A stretch of DNA of 64,000 nt. It comes from Patescibacteria group bacterium. Lineage in GTDB: Bacteria; Patescibacteriota; Patescibacteriia; UBA9934; GWF2-40-263. The notes beneath the pieces were generated by a model. That model was not told the DNA's origin and ran no database searches. It was given only the letters and a program-made list of their open reading frames with translations. Position 1 is the stretch's first letter. Each line of letters begins with the position of its first letter. The position numbers and the translations under genes were made by a program. Shown one piece after another: positions 36,747-45,894 of the stretch. The stretch lies in NCBI GenBank assembly GCA_038065075.1, contig JBBTRQ010000001.1, positions 2,823 to 66,822 of the forward strand, read 5' to 3'.

Positions 36747-36844
36747 AAGGAGTGAGACTATTATACCGCAGACATCTGAGTGCGCATAGGAATTTATTGA
36801 CAAGAGACCTCTCATCGTGTGAACTGGGCCACGGAGAAGCACGC

Positions 36845-37255
36845 ATGAATTCACACGAGCAGTTGAGAACGATCACGGCGGACGCTCGCCACGAGAACGT
36901 CGAGGGCATCGTCCTCACGGTCAACTACCGTCGCGCTTGCTTCATTCACTTCGTCGTCCACGGCGAACTGCGTGAACAGGCTCGCCTCACCTTCCGCAAC
37001 GCCCGAGACCTCCTCATCACGATCCGACAGGAGGCTCATGTCGGCAAGACGGGAACGAACGGCGAGAGCGAAGGTCTGCTCGTCTACCGTCGCACGGCCG
37101 AGTACTGGAAGGTCTTCGTGATCGCCGGTGACGACAGGACGGAAGTGGTTCTGCGCTACATCCCCGGCGATCTGGAGGAAGCCGTCGCCAGGCTGAAGCT
37201 CCCGCGCACGCCTCCCACGCTCAAGGCCTTCGCCAAGATCGACGAAGTCGCTTGA
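36845..37255 (+). CDS. Hypothetical protein (GC-rich accessory gene)
   Basis: TTGACA upstream, GGAG SD, high GC3, hairpin downstream at about 37287-37316. Confidence 0.6.
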   Translation: MNSHEQLRTITADARHENVEGIVLTVNYRRACFIHFVVHGELREQARLTFRNARDLLITIRQEAHVGKTGTNGESEGLLVYRRTAEYWKVFVIAGDDRTEVVLRYIPGDLEEAVARLKLPRTPPTLKAFAKIDEVA

Positions 37256-37374
37256 CATCTCACCACGACCGCCCCAGGCGGCCTGTCCCCCGAAGCTTCA
37301 CGCGAAGGGGGATTTTCTCTTTGTGGAAAATTATTGTTTCACTCTTCGACAAAAAAGAAGTATCCTATCTGTGT

Positions 37375-37602
37375 ATGACAAAATCATCATCGCTCCTTAA
37401 CGTGCTTCGCGACGCCGTGGGCGGCGCGGTCGCAGGACTGATCGCGGGTCTGATCCTTGGACTCGCCATTAAGTTCATCAGCATCATCCTTCTTCCGTTT
37501 GATGGAGAAGGACCAGACATGCTCGCCCCGTTCATGGGGATGGGGTTTGGCACCCTCGTGGGCGCGATCCTCGGCGGATTGGCGGGTCTGAAAAACGAAT
37601 AA
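37375..37602 (+). CDS. Small Gly-rich 2-TM membrane protein
   Basis: GGAVAGLIAGLILG / GMGFGTLVGAILGG glycine-zipper-like helices. Confidence 0.65.
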   Translation: MTKSSSLLNVLRDAVGGAVAGLIAGLILGLAIKFISIILLPFDGEGPDMLAPFMGMGFGTLVGAILGGLAGLKNE

Positions 37603-37677
37603 GCAGTACCAAACTCATGCTAGACAGTCGGAATTCTTTTTGATATTCTTTCGTCGCCCATTGATCGAAAGGTGTTT

Positions 37678-37764
37678 GCCGCGGTGGCGGAATTGGTAGA
37701 CGCGCAGGACTCAAAATCCTGTATGGGCAACCATGTGAGGGTTCGATTCCCTCCCGCGGCACCA
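37678..37764 (+). tRNA. tRNA-Leu(CAA)
   Basis: GCCGCGG...CAGGA-CT-CAA-AA-TCCTG, long variable arm, CCGCGGC-ACCA. Confidence 0.96.
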
Positions 37765-37887
37765 AGAAGCCTCAAAAAAGCGATCTGCTCGTGCTTCGGT
37801 CGGAAACTCGTTCGTCGTAGGATTACCTACGTCTCGCGAGCTTTCCTCCCTACAGCACATCGCATCTCATCTTTTTTGAATCTTCTT
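37765..37887. repeat. Long imperfect inverted repeat between tRNAs
   Basis: AAGAAG..TCAAAAAAG...CGTAGG-ATTA-CCTACG...CTTTTTTGA..CTTCTT nested pairing. Confidence 0.55.
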
Positions 37888-37901
37888 GTCAGGTACCAGA
37901 T

Positions 37902-37978
37902 GGCTGGGTAGCTCAGTTGGTTAGAGCGTGGGACTCATAAGCCCGAGGTCGTGGGTTCAACTCCCACCCCAGCTACCA
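37902..37978 (+). tRNA. tRNA-Met(CAT), elongator type
   Basis: GGCTGGG...CT-CAT-AA...GGTTCAA...CCCAGCT-ACCA; paired 1-72 position; A31-G39 mismatch. Confidence 0.88.
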
Positions 37979-37980
37979 AC

Positions 37981-38011
37981 AAAAACACTCGTGAGTGATC
38001 ACGAGTGTTTT
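37981..38011. terminator. Bidirectional terminator between convergent tRNAs
   Basis: AAAAACACTCGTGA-GTGA-TCACGAGTGTTTTT. Confidence 0.8.
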
Positions 38012-38351
38012 TGGTTGCGGGGACCGGATTTGAACCGGTGACCTCTTGGTTATGCTTACCACTACAGTTTTCACTGCCTCTGAATTTCATCAGAGTTTGT
38101 AGTCTGGACTTTCCCTTGTCCGTCTTCATTGTGAAGGACGGACCCTACCATCAAGTCTCTACACTTTCCTCTCTTATGTAAGAAAGGCTTAGCTCGGGAT
38201 TACCACCATAGGAGGCTTCCCCGAATTTGATAGGATTCATCCGACCGTTTCTGGTCGGACAGCCCATTGCGATATCAGATGCCATCTACGTTGGTTTCGT
38301 TGCATCCGATCGAATCGAGCCAAGCGAGCTGCCAGGCTGCTCTACCCCGCG
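38012..38351 (-). tRNA. Initiator tRNA-fMet(CAT) split by an intron (exon 1 38351-38318, exon 2 38054-38012)
   Basis: Joined exons give CGCGGGGTAGAGCAGCCTGGCAGCTCGCTTGGCT^CATAACCAAGAGGTCACCGGTTCAAATCCGGTCCCCGCAACCA, 77 nt, C1-A72 mismatch. Confidence 0.93.
38055..38317 (-). ncRNA. Group I self-splicing intron (IC3-like), 263 nt, no ORF
   Basis: Follows U33 and ends in G; core motifs AAATTCGGGGAA (P), AATCCCGAGC (Q), GTAGAGACTTGATGG (R), AAGGGAAAGTCC (S). Confidence 0.92.
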
Positions 38352-38411
38352 AGCGCTAGGATAGAGGAGTTTGTCGGATGAGTCAAGAAAATGCTACACT
38401 TCTAGTACGTT

Positions 38412-38876
38412 ATGACTCTCACGACCCACGCGACCCTTGGGGCAGTCATTGGACACGCAACAGGTAGCCCGTTGCTTGCTTTTATTTTCGGGTTCATTTC
38501 ACATTTCTTGATCGACATGATCCCCCACGGAGATACGGGAATTGCGGACAACTACAAAATCCACAAACGCCGACGCAAGCAGGCCTTGGCCTATGTGATG
38601 GTTGATGCGGTCTTCGCGATCTTCTTCGTCCTGCTCTTGGCAAACACGCGCGATATCGAATCCATGCGGGCGTACTCGTGGGGGATCGCCGGAGGCGTCC
38701 TGCCAGATTTACTCGTCGGCATCTACGAGGTCACCAAGACTCGGCTTCTGCGCTGGTTCAACACGCTTCACTTTCTCTTCCACGACTACTTTGTTAAACG
38801 CAAAGGTGATGTGCCGCTCTACTACGCCATCATGGCGCAGATCGTCCTCATCGCGTACTTGCAAACGAAACTCTAA
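38412..38876 (+). CDS. Membrane protein, putative metal-dependent hydrolase-like
   Basis: THATLG, SHFLIDMIPHGD, LPD and late His residues within TM helices. Confidence 0.65.
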   Translation: MTLTTHATLGAVIGHATGSPLLAFIFGFISHFLIDMIPHGDTGIADNYKIHKRRRKQALAYVMVDAVFAIFFVLLLANTRDIESMRAYSWGIAGGVLPDLLVGIYEVTKTRLLRWFNTLHFLFHDYFVKRKGDVPLYYAIMAQIVLIAYLQTKL

Positions 38877-38885
38877 ACACACATT

Positions 38886-39278
38886 ATGAAACTCTTTTCC
38901 CGACCGTCAACGACCGCCGAGTGGGTTCTGCGCATAGCGGTGGCTGGCGAATTTATCGGCCACGGCGCGTTTGCTCTGCAAGGCAAAGAAGGTTGGTTTA
39001 AATACTTCACGCCGTTTGGTATCACCGATGAACAGACGATGGTGAACATCCTGTTGGTCGTGGGGATCGTCGATCTCCTCTTGGCGATTCACGTCTTGTT
39101 GCGTCCGGTGCGAGCGCTCGTACTGTGGATGGCGATCTGGGGATTGTGGACGGCCCTCCTGCGCTGGCCGATCGGACCTGATCCGTTCTGGGACTTCGTC
39201 GAACGCTGGGCCAACTGGGGCGCACCACTTGCCTTGCTCCTCTTGATAGGCTGGCCAAAAAAAGGGAAAAACCGGTAA
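38886..39278 (+). CDS. DoxX-like membrane protein
   Basis: LRIAVAGEFIGHG...DFVERWANWGAP; 3-4 TM helices. Confidence 0.65.
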   Translation: MKLFSRPSTTAEWVLRIAVAGEFIGHGAFALQGKEGWFKYFTPFGITDEQTMVNILLVVGIVDLLLAIHVLLRPVRALVLWMAIWGLWTALLRWPIGPDPFWDFVERWANWGAPLALLLLIGWPKKGKNR

Positions 39279-39308
39279 ACATAAAAACAAAAAAGCTGAT
39301 CGGAGTGA

Positions 39309-40484
39309 TCAGCTTTTTGGTTGCTTCCCAACCTCCTCGAGTATCTTCATCGTCTCCCGCCCCGCGCGTTCCCAGCTAAACTCTGCGGCACGTTTAATCC
39401 CCAGCTCACGGATCTCGCGTACGCCCTCAGGGATAAGCAGACACTGCGTGAGCGCAAAGCTCATCGCTTCAACATCATCAGGATCCACATACACGGCCGC
39501 GTCGCCACCGACTTCTGGGAGCGCGCCGCGATTAGACGCGATCACCGGTGTGCCTACGGCCATCGCCTCCAACAAAGGCAAACCAAACCCTTCATCCCAG
39601 GAGGGATAGAAAAGACACGACGCTCTCGCAAGCAAATTCCACTTTTCTTCCTCGGTCACGGGCCCCAAAAACTGAATCACCCCATTTGGCTCAGCCTCAC
39701 GCCACGCGTGATTGACTGCCACCAGTTCCTCTTCGATCTCTCGCGTATGCCAGCCTTTTTTCCCCGCGACGATAAAGCGCACCAAACCCGCTTGCTCCGG
39801 TCGACCCTCCAAAAATGCATGAAACGCGCGCAAGGCATGGAGCAAATTCTTCCGCGGCTCGATCGTGCCCAAGAACAACACGAAGTCACGGTCGAACGGG
39901 AAACGCGTGCTCGCGTCCGCGCCCTTGAGCGCCTCGTAGGCTTCTGCTAGATCAACTCCTTCATGCACGACATGGACACGCCCAGCCGTCGTAGGAAGAC
40001 GCTCATGGATTTTTTGCTGTGTCGCGCTCGAGACCGCGATCAACTGTGTCGCGTGTTCAAGACTCCGAGGAACAACGACGCGTGTGGAAAAGCTCTGCTC
40101 CGATGGAAACCATTCTGGGTGTTCGTAGATCGCCAGGTCGTGCACGGTCACCACGCTCTTCCCTCGCCACCCTAATGGCAGTTGACCAAACGGCGAGAAC
40201 AGGACGTCGGGACGGTACAGCCAAAAGCGCAGAGGAAGAATCGCGTGCCGCGACACAAAAGACAATTTGGGTCCCCAAGATGGAAGGAGCTTCACGCGAG
40301 CCTCCGTGTGCAAAAGCTCCTGACGACGGACACGACTCATGGCTGGCGGCGTCGAAATAAAAAACTCGTGCGACGAACCGGATCGCAGGAGGGCCATTGC
40401 GATCGACCAGGAGTAATGCTCGATGCCGGCGCCGCGCGAGCCATCCGGCGCGCACAGGGTTGTTCCGTCGATGGCGATTCTCAT
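39309..40484 (-). CDS. Glycosyltransferase family 4
   Basis: TVHDL, GTIEPRKN, EGFGLPLLEAM. Confidence 0.93.
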   Translation of the reverse strand: MRIAIDGTTLCAPDGSRGAGIEHYSWSIAMALLRSGSSHEFFISTPPAMSRVRRQELLHTEARVKLLPSWGPKLSFVSRHAILPLRFWLYRPDVLFSPFGQLPLGWRGKSVVTVHDLAIYEHPEWFPSEQSFSTRVVVPRSLEHATQLIAVSSATQQKIHERLPTTAGRVHVVHEGVDLAEAYEALKGADASTRFPFDRDFVLFLGTIEPRKNLLHALRAFHAFLEGRPEQAGLVRFIVAGKKGWHTREIEEELVAVNHAWREAEPNGVIQFLGPVTEEEKWNLLARASCLFYPSWDEGFGLPLLEAMAVGTPVIASNRGALPEVGGDAAVYVDPDDVEAMSFALTQCLLIPEGVREIRELGIKRAAEFSWERAGRETMKILEEVGKQPKS

Positions 40485-40981
40485 AGGAGTTGGATGCCGG
40501 AAAACACTCCCAGGCTCACCCCCAAGACTGCGAGTCCGGAAATGAACACACCGGCAATAATCGATGGGACAGCAAGACGCGCGTCAATCTTTAAGAGCAC
40601 TCCCAACAGGCTTGCGCCCCACGCCCCGGTTCCGATCCCTGGGATCACGACGAAAAAGAAAAGAAAGAACGCGCCCCACTTCGAGTAACTCTCGCCGTAG
40701 CGTGTTCTCATGTTTTCAAACCAAGAAACGAGCCAACGATCGATCCAGCGTACATGACGACGCAAAAACTCGAGGCACGCGGGCAGAATCCAAAACAAGA
40801 TGAAAACAGGAAGGCTGTTACCGATGAACGTGTAGATAAATGTCGGGGTCGCGGCCAGATCAAAAACAAACAGCGCCACCGGAATCGCAACACGAGACTC
40901 CGCCACGGGTACGCTCGCCAACAACAGACTCGCGAGCTCGGGCGGAATGCCTGAAAGGGCGTTCACGAGTACATCGATCAT
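40481..40981 (-). CDS. COG2426 small multidrug-export-like membrane protein
   Basis: PVAESRVAIP, IPGIGTGAWGA. Confidence 0.8.
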   Translation of the reverse strand: MIDVLVNALSGIPPELASLLLASVPVAESRVAIPVALFVFDLAATPTFIYTFIGNSLPVFILFWILPACLEFLRRHVRWIDRWLVSWFENMRTRYGESYSKWGAFFLFFFVVIPGIGTGAWGASLLGVLLKIDARLAVPSIIAGVFISGLAVLGVSLGVFSGIQLL

Positions 40982-41955
40982 AGGGTGTCCCAACCAAAGG
41001 TTTTATACGCCCAGACCGCCAACGACTTCACATCTTGAAAGCGGCCTTCTTTTGTTTCAGCCCCCAGCACGATGACGATAATCTCCCCGCCCTGCTCGTG
41101 CGAGAACATCGTCCCCAGCCCATACCCAGCCTCGGGAAGATACCCGGTCTTACCGCCAAGAATATCGTAGGGAGACTGATCGACGAATGTGCCAAGCAAC
41201 TCGTCCGTGGACTCGATCATGTACGTCCGTCCAGAACTTCCTGTCATCGTGACGCGGGACTGTTGCGTGATCTGCGCAATGGTCTCGTCGCTTAAGATCT
41301 TGTCGAACATGATCGCAAGATCACTCACGACGGAAACATTCTTAGATGAAAGACCTGTCGTATCATCAAACGTCGTGCCCTGCATCCCGAACTCCGCGGC
41401 CGCCTCGTTCATCGAAGCAACAAAGTCGCCATGCGTCATGCCGCTCAAGCGCGCCAGCGCGGCCGTGGAGCTGTTATCACTCCCCACGAGACTCGCCTGC
41501 AAGAGATCACGCACCGTCACCGTCTCCCCAATCGCCAAGTGGAACTGAGCGCCATAACGGATATCCTCTGAGGTTAGCGTTGCGGGAGCGTTGAGGTCGG
41601 GGTTCCCTTGCAAGAACACATAGGCCGTCATGAGCTTCGTGATGGAACCAATCGCTCGCGGCGCGTTTACATTTTTTTCAAACAACACTTCCTTGGAGGC
41701 ACGATCAACGACGATCGCGCTTTGCGCGCTTGTCACGACTCCCATGCTCGCGCTCACCAACTTCACCGGCGCGAGAGACCGATCCGGCGCTTGAGGAAGG
41801 CGATGCGAAATAACGTCGTACGCCTCAAACAGATCAAACGCCCGTGAGGGCGCCTCTGGAAGCACCGCGCGCGTCTGCAGTTCTCCGGCGTCCGCGGGAA
41901 AAAACTGCAGGACGGTCGAGGCAAGGATGAGTTGTGTGAAGAGCTTCACGATCAT
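40978..41955 (-). CDS. D-alanyl-D-alanine carboxypeptidase (peptidase S11)
   Basis: SITK (SxxK), SDN (SxN), KTG motifs. Confidence 0.92.
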   Translation of the reverse strand: MIVKLFTQLILASTVLQFFPADAGELQTRAVLPEAPSRAFDLFEAYDVISHRLPQAPDRSLAPVKLVSASMGVVTSAQSAIVVDRASKEVLFEKNVNAPRAIGSITKLMTAYVFLQGNPDLNAPATLTSEDIRYGAQFHLAIGETVTVRDLLQASLVGSDNSSTAALARLSGMTHGDFVASMNEAAAEFGMQGTTFDDTTGLSSKNVSVVSDLAIMFDKILSDETIAQITQQSRVTMTGSSGRTYMIESTDELLGTFVDQSPYDILGGKTGYLPEAGYGLGTMFSHEQGGEIIVIVLGAETKEGRFQDVKSLAVWAYKTFGWDTL

Positions 41956-42503
41956 ATCTCCTGCGTGTCAGGCTCGCGGCTCAGGAGTTCCGTGACTTTT
42001 TCGTTTGTGCGGAAGGCTTCGTAGTCTGGGAGGGCATCAAGACGGTTCACGCCGATCGCCTGGAGGAACTCGTGGCTGACGCTGTAGACCGGCTGAAGAC
42101 GCTCCTTGTCCTGCTCCTCGAGGATGAAGCCACGGATAAGCAGGTTGCGCAGGATCAGCGAGCAATTCACGCCACGGATCATTTCGATCTCTGGCTTGGT
42201 GATGGGACCACGGTACGCGATGATCGTGAGCGTCTCGAGGCTCGGCCGCGTGAGGGGTCCCGAGGCTTCCTTCTTGAGAAACTTCGCCACTGCCTCCCCC
42301 ACTCCGGCATTGGAGACAAATTGCACGGCGCCGTTTTGTTCCATTAGGTGAATCCCCGACGCTTCAACGTTAAACCGTGCGGCGATATCATCGACGGCTT
42401 CACGGATGACTTCTTCTGAGACGTCCAGATATTTGCGCAAGTCGGAAAGTTTGATCGGCTTTGCCGCGGCAAAAAGCACCGCTTCAATCGTTGTCGTCAC
42501 CAT
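41952..42503 (-). CDS. scpB: Segregation and condensation protein B
   Basis: IEAVLFA, LETLTIIAYRGPITKPEIEMIRGVN. Confidence 0.95.
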   Translation of the reverse strand: MVTTTIEAVLFAAAKPIKLSDLRKYLDVSEEVIREAVDDIAARFNVEASGIHLMEQNGAVQFVSNAGVGEAVAKFLKKEASGPLTRPSLETLTIIAYRGPITKPEIEMIRGVNCSLILRNLLIRGFILEEQDKERLQPVYSVSHEFLQAIGVNRLDALPDYEAFRTNEKVTELLSREPDTQEI

Positions 42504-42505
42504 AG

Positions 42506-43201
42506 CTAATCCACACGTGTTATTTCGATTTCATCAAATACTCCCGACTGCACCACCTGTACCGCCCGTTGTTTCACCAGCTCGAGGAGTGCAAGGAAAC
42601 TCACGACCACATCTACTTTCGATTTTCCCGCTTGTGCAATCTGCCGGAAGGTCATCTTGGTGCGCGAGAGGATCGCGTCATGGATTTCACGCAAGCGTTC
42701 CTTCACGGAGATCACTCGCTCCAGCGCCGCGGTCTGAAGTCTGAAGAACGGCTCCAGACGTTTGAGCAGTCCCGCGAAGGCGTCATGTAAATCGTTCTTG
42801 GAAAGATTCGTCACGACCTCGGCGAGTTCAAGCCGCACGATGTCCGGTGTCGCTCGCGCAAGCGACCAAGCCCCACTGTCGAATCGCTCCTCGAGAGTAC
42901 GTGAGGCGTCGACGAATTCTTTGTAGAGTCGGAGCTGGAGCGCGAGGGTCGATGGATCTTCTTCTGGTTCTACTTCGATGGGCAGGATGGCCTGAGATTT
43001 GAGAAGCAACAATTTCGTCGCCACCACCAGAAAATCCGCAAGCTCCTCCGCAGGGACGTCCTGGCTGTTCATGTACTCGAGATACTTCTCGGTCACAGCC
43101 CCAAGCGACACTTCCGTAATCGGGAGATGAGAGGCCTGAATCAACTCCAAAAGCACATGCAGTGGACCATCAAATGTTTCCAGTTTTACCTCAAAGGCCA
43201 T
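42506..43201 (-). CDS. scpA: Segregation and condensation protein A
   Basis: FDGPLHVLLELI, FLALLELVK. Confidence 0.95.
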   Translation of the reverse strand: MAFEVKLETFDGPLHVLLELIQASHLPITEVSLGAVTEKYLEYMNSQDVPAEELADFLVVATKLLLLKSQAILPIEVEPEEDPSTLALQLRLYKEFVDASRTLEERFDSGAWSLARATPDIVRLELAEVVTNLSKNDLHDAFAGLLKRLEPFFRLQTAALERVISVKERLREIHDAILSRTKMTFRQIAQAGKSKVDVVVSFLALLELVKQRAVQVVQSGVFDEIEITRVD

Positions 43202-43288
43202 ACGTCTATCTATTGTATCAAACAAATAGAAAAATAAATGTGGCGCCCCTAAAGGGGCTGTGAAAATTTCATAGGGCCTTTAGGCCCG

Positions 43289-44599
43289 TTACGGTCGTAG
43301 CCGCTGGACATCGCGAGGGAAAATCGTTGCCTCCTTGATGTTCTCCAGACCCAGAATGTTTTGTGTGAGACGTTGCAGGCCCAGTCCCCATCCGCCTTCC
43401 GGAGGAATCCCATACTTGTGCATCATGAGGTAGTCCTCAAACTGAGCGGGGTCGAGACCCTTGTCCTTGATCGCCTGAAGCTGGTCGTCATATTTGTTCA
43501 CGCGCATGCCGCCAGAAATAATCTCGCTGCCAAACCCGATGAGGTCAAAGGTGATCGTGTTGGTCGGATCATTTGGATCGCGAAGCGCGTAGAACGGACG
43601 CTTGCTTGTCGGATAATCGGTGACGATAACAAAGCCACAGTTGTGGTGCTTGGGTCCCCACTCGCGCGAAATCCATTTCTCGGCGCCCGGCGAAAGGTCG
43701 GGCTCGCTGGTTTCATCGACTCCCGTTTCGTCTTTGTATGCTTTGAGCGCGTCCTTAAGTTTGATGCGTGGGAATCGATCTCCCAGCGGTGGAAGCGTTA
43801 CGCCCAGGAGCTCGAGCTCCGACTTACACTCTTCTTCGACGGCCTTGAGCATCTGACGAATCGCGGCCTCGGAGTAAGCAAGCACCTCGTCAAAATCCAC
43901 GAATCCTACCTCGAACTCCAACTGGTTGAACTCCGTGAGGTGACGCGAGGTGGCAAACTTCTCGGCGCGGAAGGAATACGAGACACCATACACACCCTCG
44001 TACACTCCCATCGTAATTTGTTTGTAGAGCTGGGCGGATTGCGTGAGCGTTGCCTCGCGACCGTAATACTCGACACGGAAAAATTCCGCGCCACCTTCGG
44101 AAGCCGCGCCGGCAAGCACGGGGAAGAAAATCTCGGTGAAGCCTTGAGACTCCATGTACTGACGGAAGCCATGCACGATCGCCGCTTGTACGCGAAAGAT
44201 CGCGCGCTGTTTGGGATTGCGCAGGGTGATCACGCGGTTATCCAGAAGCGTGTCGAGTTGAACGTCGACGTCGTCTTTGTTGATCTCGACAGGAACCACG
44301 TCACGCACGGGCGAAAGAACCTCGACCGTTGTCGCCTGGATCTCGACCTCATTCGCGTTTGGATCCTTCGATTGTTTCTTGACGACAGAGCCAGTCACTT
44401 TCAAAACGGTCTCGACCTGGAGGCCTCTGAGACTCTCGAGTTGCTCAGCGCTCAGCACCACTTGTACGAGGCCGGTTCGATCGCGCAAAATCGCGAATCC
44501 GAACTTGGCCATGTCGCGTAGACGATGAAGCCATCCGGCCACGACCACCGTCTCGCCCATTTTTTCTTGTAAGTCACGAACCAATATTCTGTGTTGCAT
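43289..44599 (-). CDS. aspS: Aspartate--tRNA ligase, short archaeal-type (no GAD insert)
   Basis: OB fold (LRDRTG), QSAQLYKQ, FRAEK..TSRHLTEF, EIISGG, GWGLGLQR; 436 aa. Confidence 0.9.
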   Translation of the reverse strand: MQHRILVRDLQEKMGETVVVAGWLHRLRDMAKFGFAILRDRTGLVQVVLSAEQLESLRGLQVETVLKVTGSVVKKQSKDPNANEVEIQATTVEVLSPVRDVVPVEINKDDVDVQLDTLLDNRVITLRNPKQRAIFRVQAAIVHGFRQYMESQGFTEIFFPVLAGAASEGGAEFFRVEYYGREATLTQSAQLYKQITMGVYEGVYGVSYSFRAEKFATSRHLTEFNQLEFEVGFVDFDEVLAYSEAAIRQMLKAVEEECKSELELLGVTLPPLGDRFPRIKLKDALKAYKDETGVDETSEPDLSPGAEKWISREWGPKHHNCGFVIVTDYPTSKRPFYALRDPNDPTNTITFDLIGFGSEIISGGMRVNKYDDQLQAIKDKGLDPAQFEDYLMMHKYGIPPEGGWGLGLQRLTQNILGLENIKEATIFPRDVQRLRP

Positions 44600-44612
44600 A
44601 CGCTTTTTAAAT

Positions 44613-45212
44613 TCACTCTACTGGGTAAGGCTGACCGATGAATAAGGTAACCGACTCTGTATCTCCACTGACGGTAAAATAGAAGGTCCCATACTCGCTC
44701 GTTATCGGACTCAAATCAAACTTGAGTGTTTGGGGGCCGATGCCCGCTTCACAAAAATCGTCGTTGGCGTCATGGATCAGTCGAACTCCCGTTTGAGGAG
44801 GAGCCGATTCGGCCCAAAGGCCGTTCCAGTACATGGTGAACTCATGTTCCTGACATCCTCCGCTATATCCTACATTCACGAAAAGCGTGTTCCCTTCGAC
44901 CCAGACAGACTGACCGGTTTCTTCATCGACCATAAAACCAAACGAGTCCATGTGCGAGGGGAGGTCTTCCGTTACGACAACGATTGGCAAAATGGCTGAT
45001 GGTGTTGGTGTATCAACTATCGGCTCGATCGGCACATCTTGACCTGACGGTTCCTCGACGGGCTCATCGACAGCGTTAGCGGGCACAGTGAAATCATCGA
45101 CGACCTCAACCGGCGCCGTCGCGTCCTCAACAGTCTTCCCCCAATACAACGCGGCCATGCCGCCGATGAGGATGATAACGGCGAGGAACAGAAGAGTTTG
45201 AAAGACTTTCAT
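44613..45212 (-). CDS. Membrane-anchored hypothetical protein
   Basis: N-terminal TM, Pro/acidic linker, YSGGCQEHEF...HDANDDFCEA domain. Confidence 0.7.
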   Translation of the reverse strand: MKVFQTLLFLAVIILIGGMAALYWGKTVEDATAPVEVVDDFTVPANAVDEPVEEPSGQDVPIEPIVDTPTPSAILPIVVVTEDLPSHMDSFGFMVDEETGQSVWVEGNTLFVNVGYSGGCQEHEFTMYWNGLWAESAPPQTGVRLIHDANDDFCEAGIGPQTLKFDLSPITSEYGTFYFTVSGDTESVTLFIGQPYPVE

Positions 45213-45634
45213 AAATTTTTGATGGAAGAAATAGGAATGATCTTTATCGTTTCGCCTGCGCGAGCAATGATCTCTTTGTCCAAGGTGACCAAGGGAAGTT
45301 GAAACTCTACGGCTGTTCCAACGACAATCGCATCCATACCAGCAAGTTTGAGATCTGCGGTTGCATCCAAATATTGAAGGGTTCGGAACGTCGTCAGGTC
45401 TATGAGGCTCAAACCTGAAAATGAAACAAGGCGCATTCCAACGCGCCTTGCCAAACCGGCATCAGATGTTCGACGACTGACAGCGGCAACAACTTCCAAC
45501 AACACCGTAGTCGGAATGACCGCGCTCACCTCACCTGTCTCAATCTTCTCTATAAGGTCAAGGCAGGCCTCAGAATATTTCTCCTGCTCTCGAAACGCAG
45601 CCACAAAAATAGAGCTGTCAACAACCAGTTGCAT
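45209..45634 (-). CDS. PIN-domain (VapC-like) toxin
   Basis: VVDSSIF, LLEV, MDAI, LVTLD acidic tetrad. Confidence 0.9.
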   Translation of the reverse strand: MQLVVDSSIFVAAFREQEKYSEACLDLIEKIETGEVSAVIPTTVLLEVVAAVSRRTSDAGLARRVGMRLVSFSGLSLIDLTTFRTLQYLDATADLKLAGMDAIVVGTAVEFQLPLVTLDKEIIARAGETIKIIPISSIKNL

Positions 45635-45637
45635 ACG

Positions 45638-45796
45638 TTAGGCGTTTCTCTTTCGTTGAGAACGAATCTCGGTTACAGCCGATGCTCCCTTCCAGGCACG
45701 ACTCACTGCCCGACGAAGCGCTTGTAGGCTTTCTTCAGGCTTTTTCAAAGCCTTTTTCTCACGAGGAACGACTCTATAAGCCGTGGAAGTTTTCAT
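45638..45796 (-). CDS. Small basic putative antitoxin upstream of the PIN toxin (52 aa, not in ORF track)
   Basis: MKTSTAYRVVPREKKALKKPEESLQALRRAVSRAWKGASAVTEIRSQRKRNA; SAVxEIR motif; ends 3 bp before the PIN start. Confidence 0.65.
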   Translation of the reverse strand: MKTSTAYRVVPREKKALKKPEESLQALRRAVSRAWKGASAVTEIRSQRKRNA

Positions 45797-45894
45797 ACGA
45801 GCATTCGCGTTGATAATATTACCTTCATGCTATAATAATTCGATCCATACGAAAAGGGATCCGAACGGCTAACTACCTAAGGAACCCTTTTCTT

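Noticed and set aside
37335-37350. parS site near parAB (TGTTTCAC...), also GTTACACGTGAGAG near 49043
   Set aside because: Only a half-site or several mismatches to TGTTTCACGTGAAACA; not supportable.
37935-38129. 64-aa ORF as an intron-encoded homing endonuclease
   Set aside because: Overlaps tRNA exons and the ribozyme core; too short; no LAGLIDADG, HNH, GIY-YIG or PD-(D/E)XK motif.
43361-44521. 386-aa plus-strand ORF
   Set aside because: Antisense shadow of aspS.
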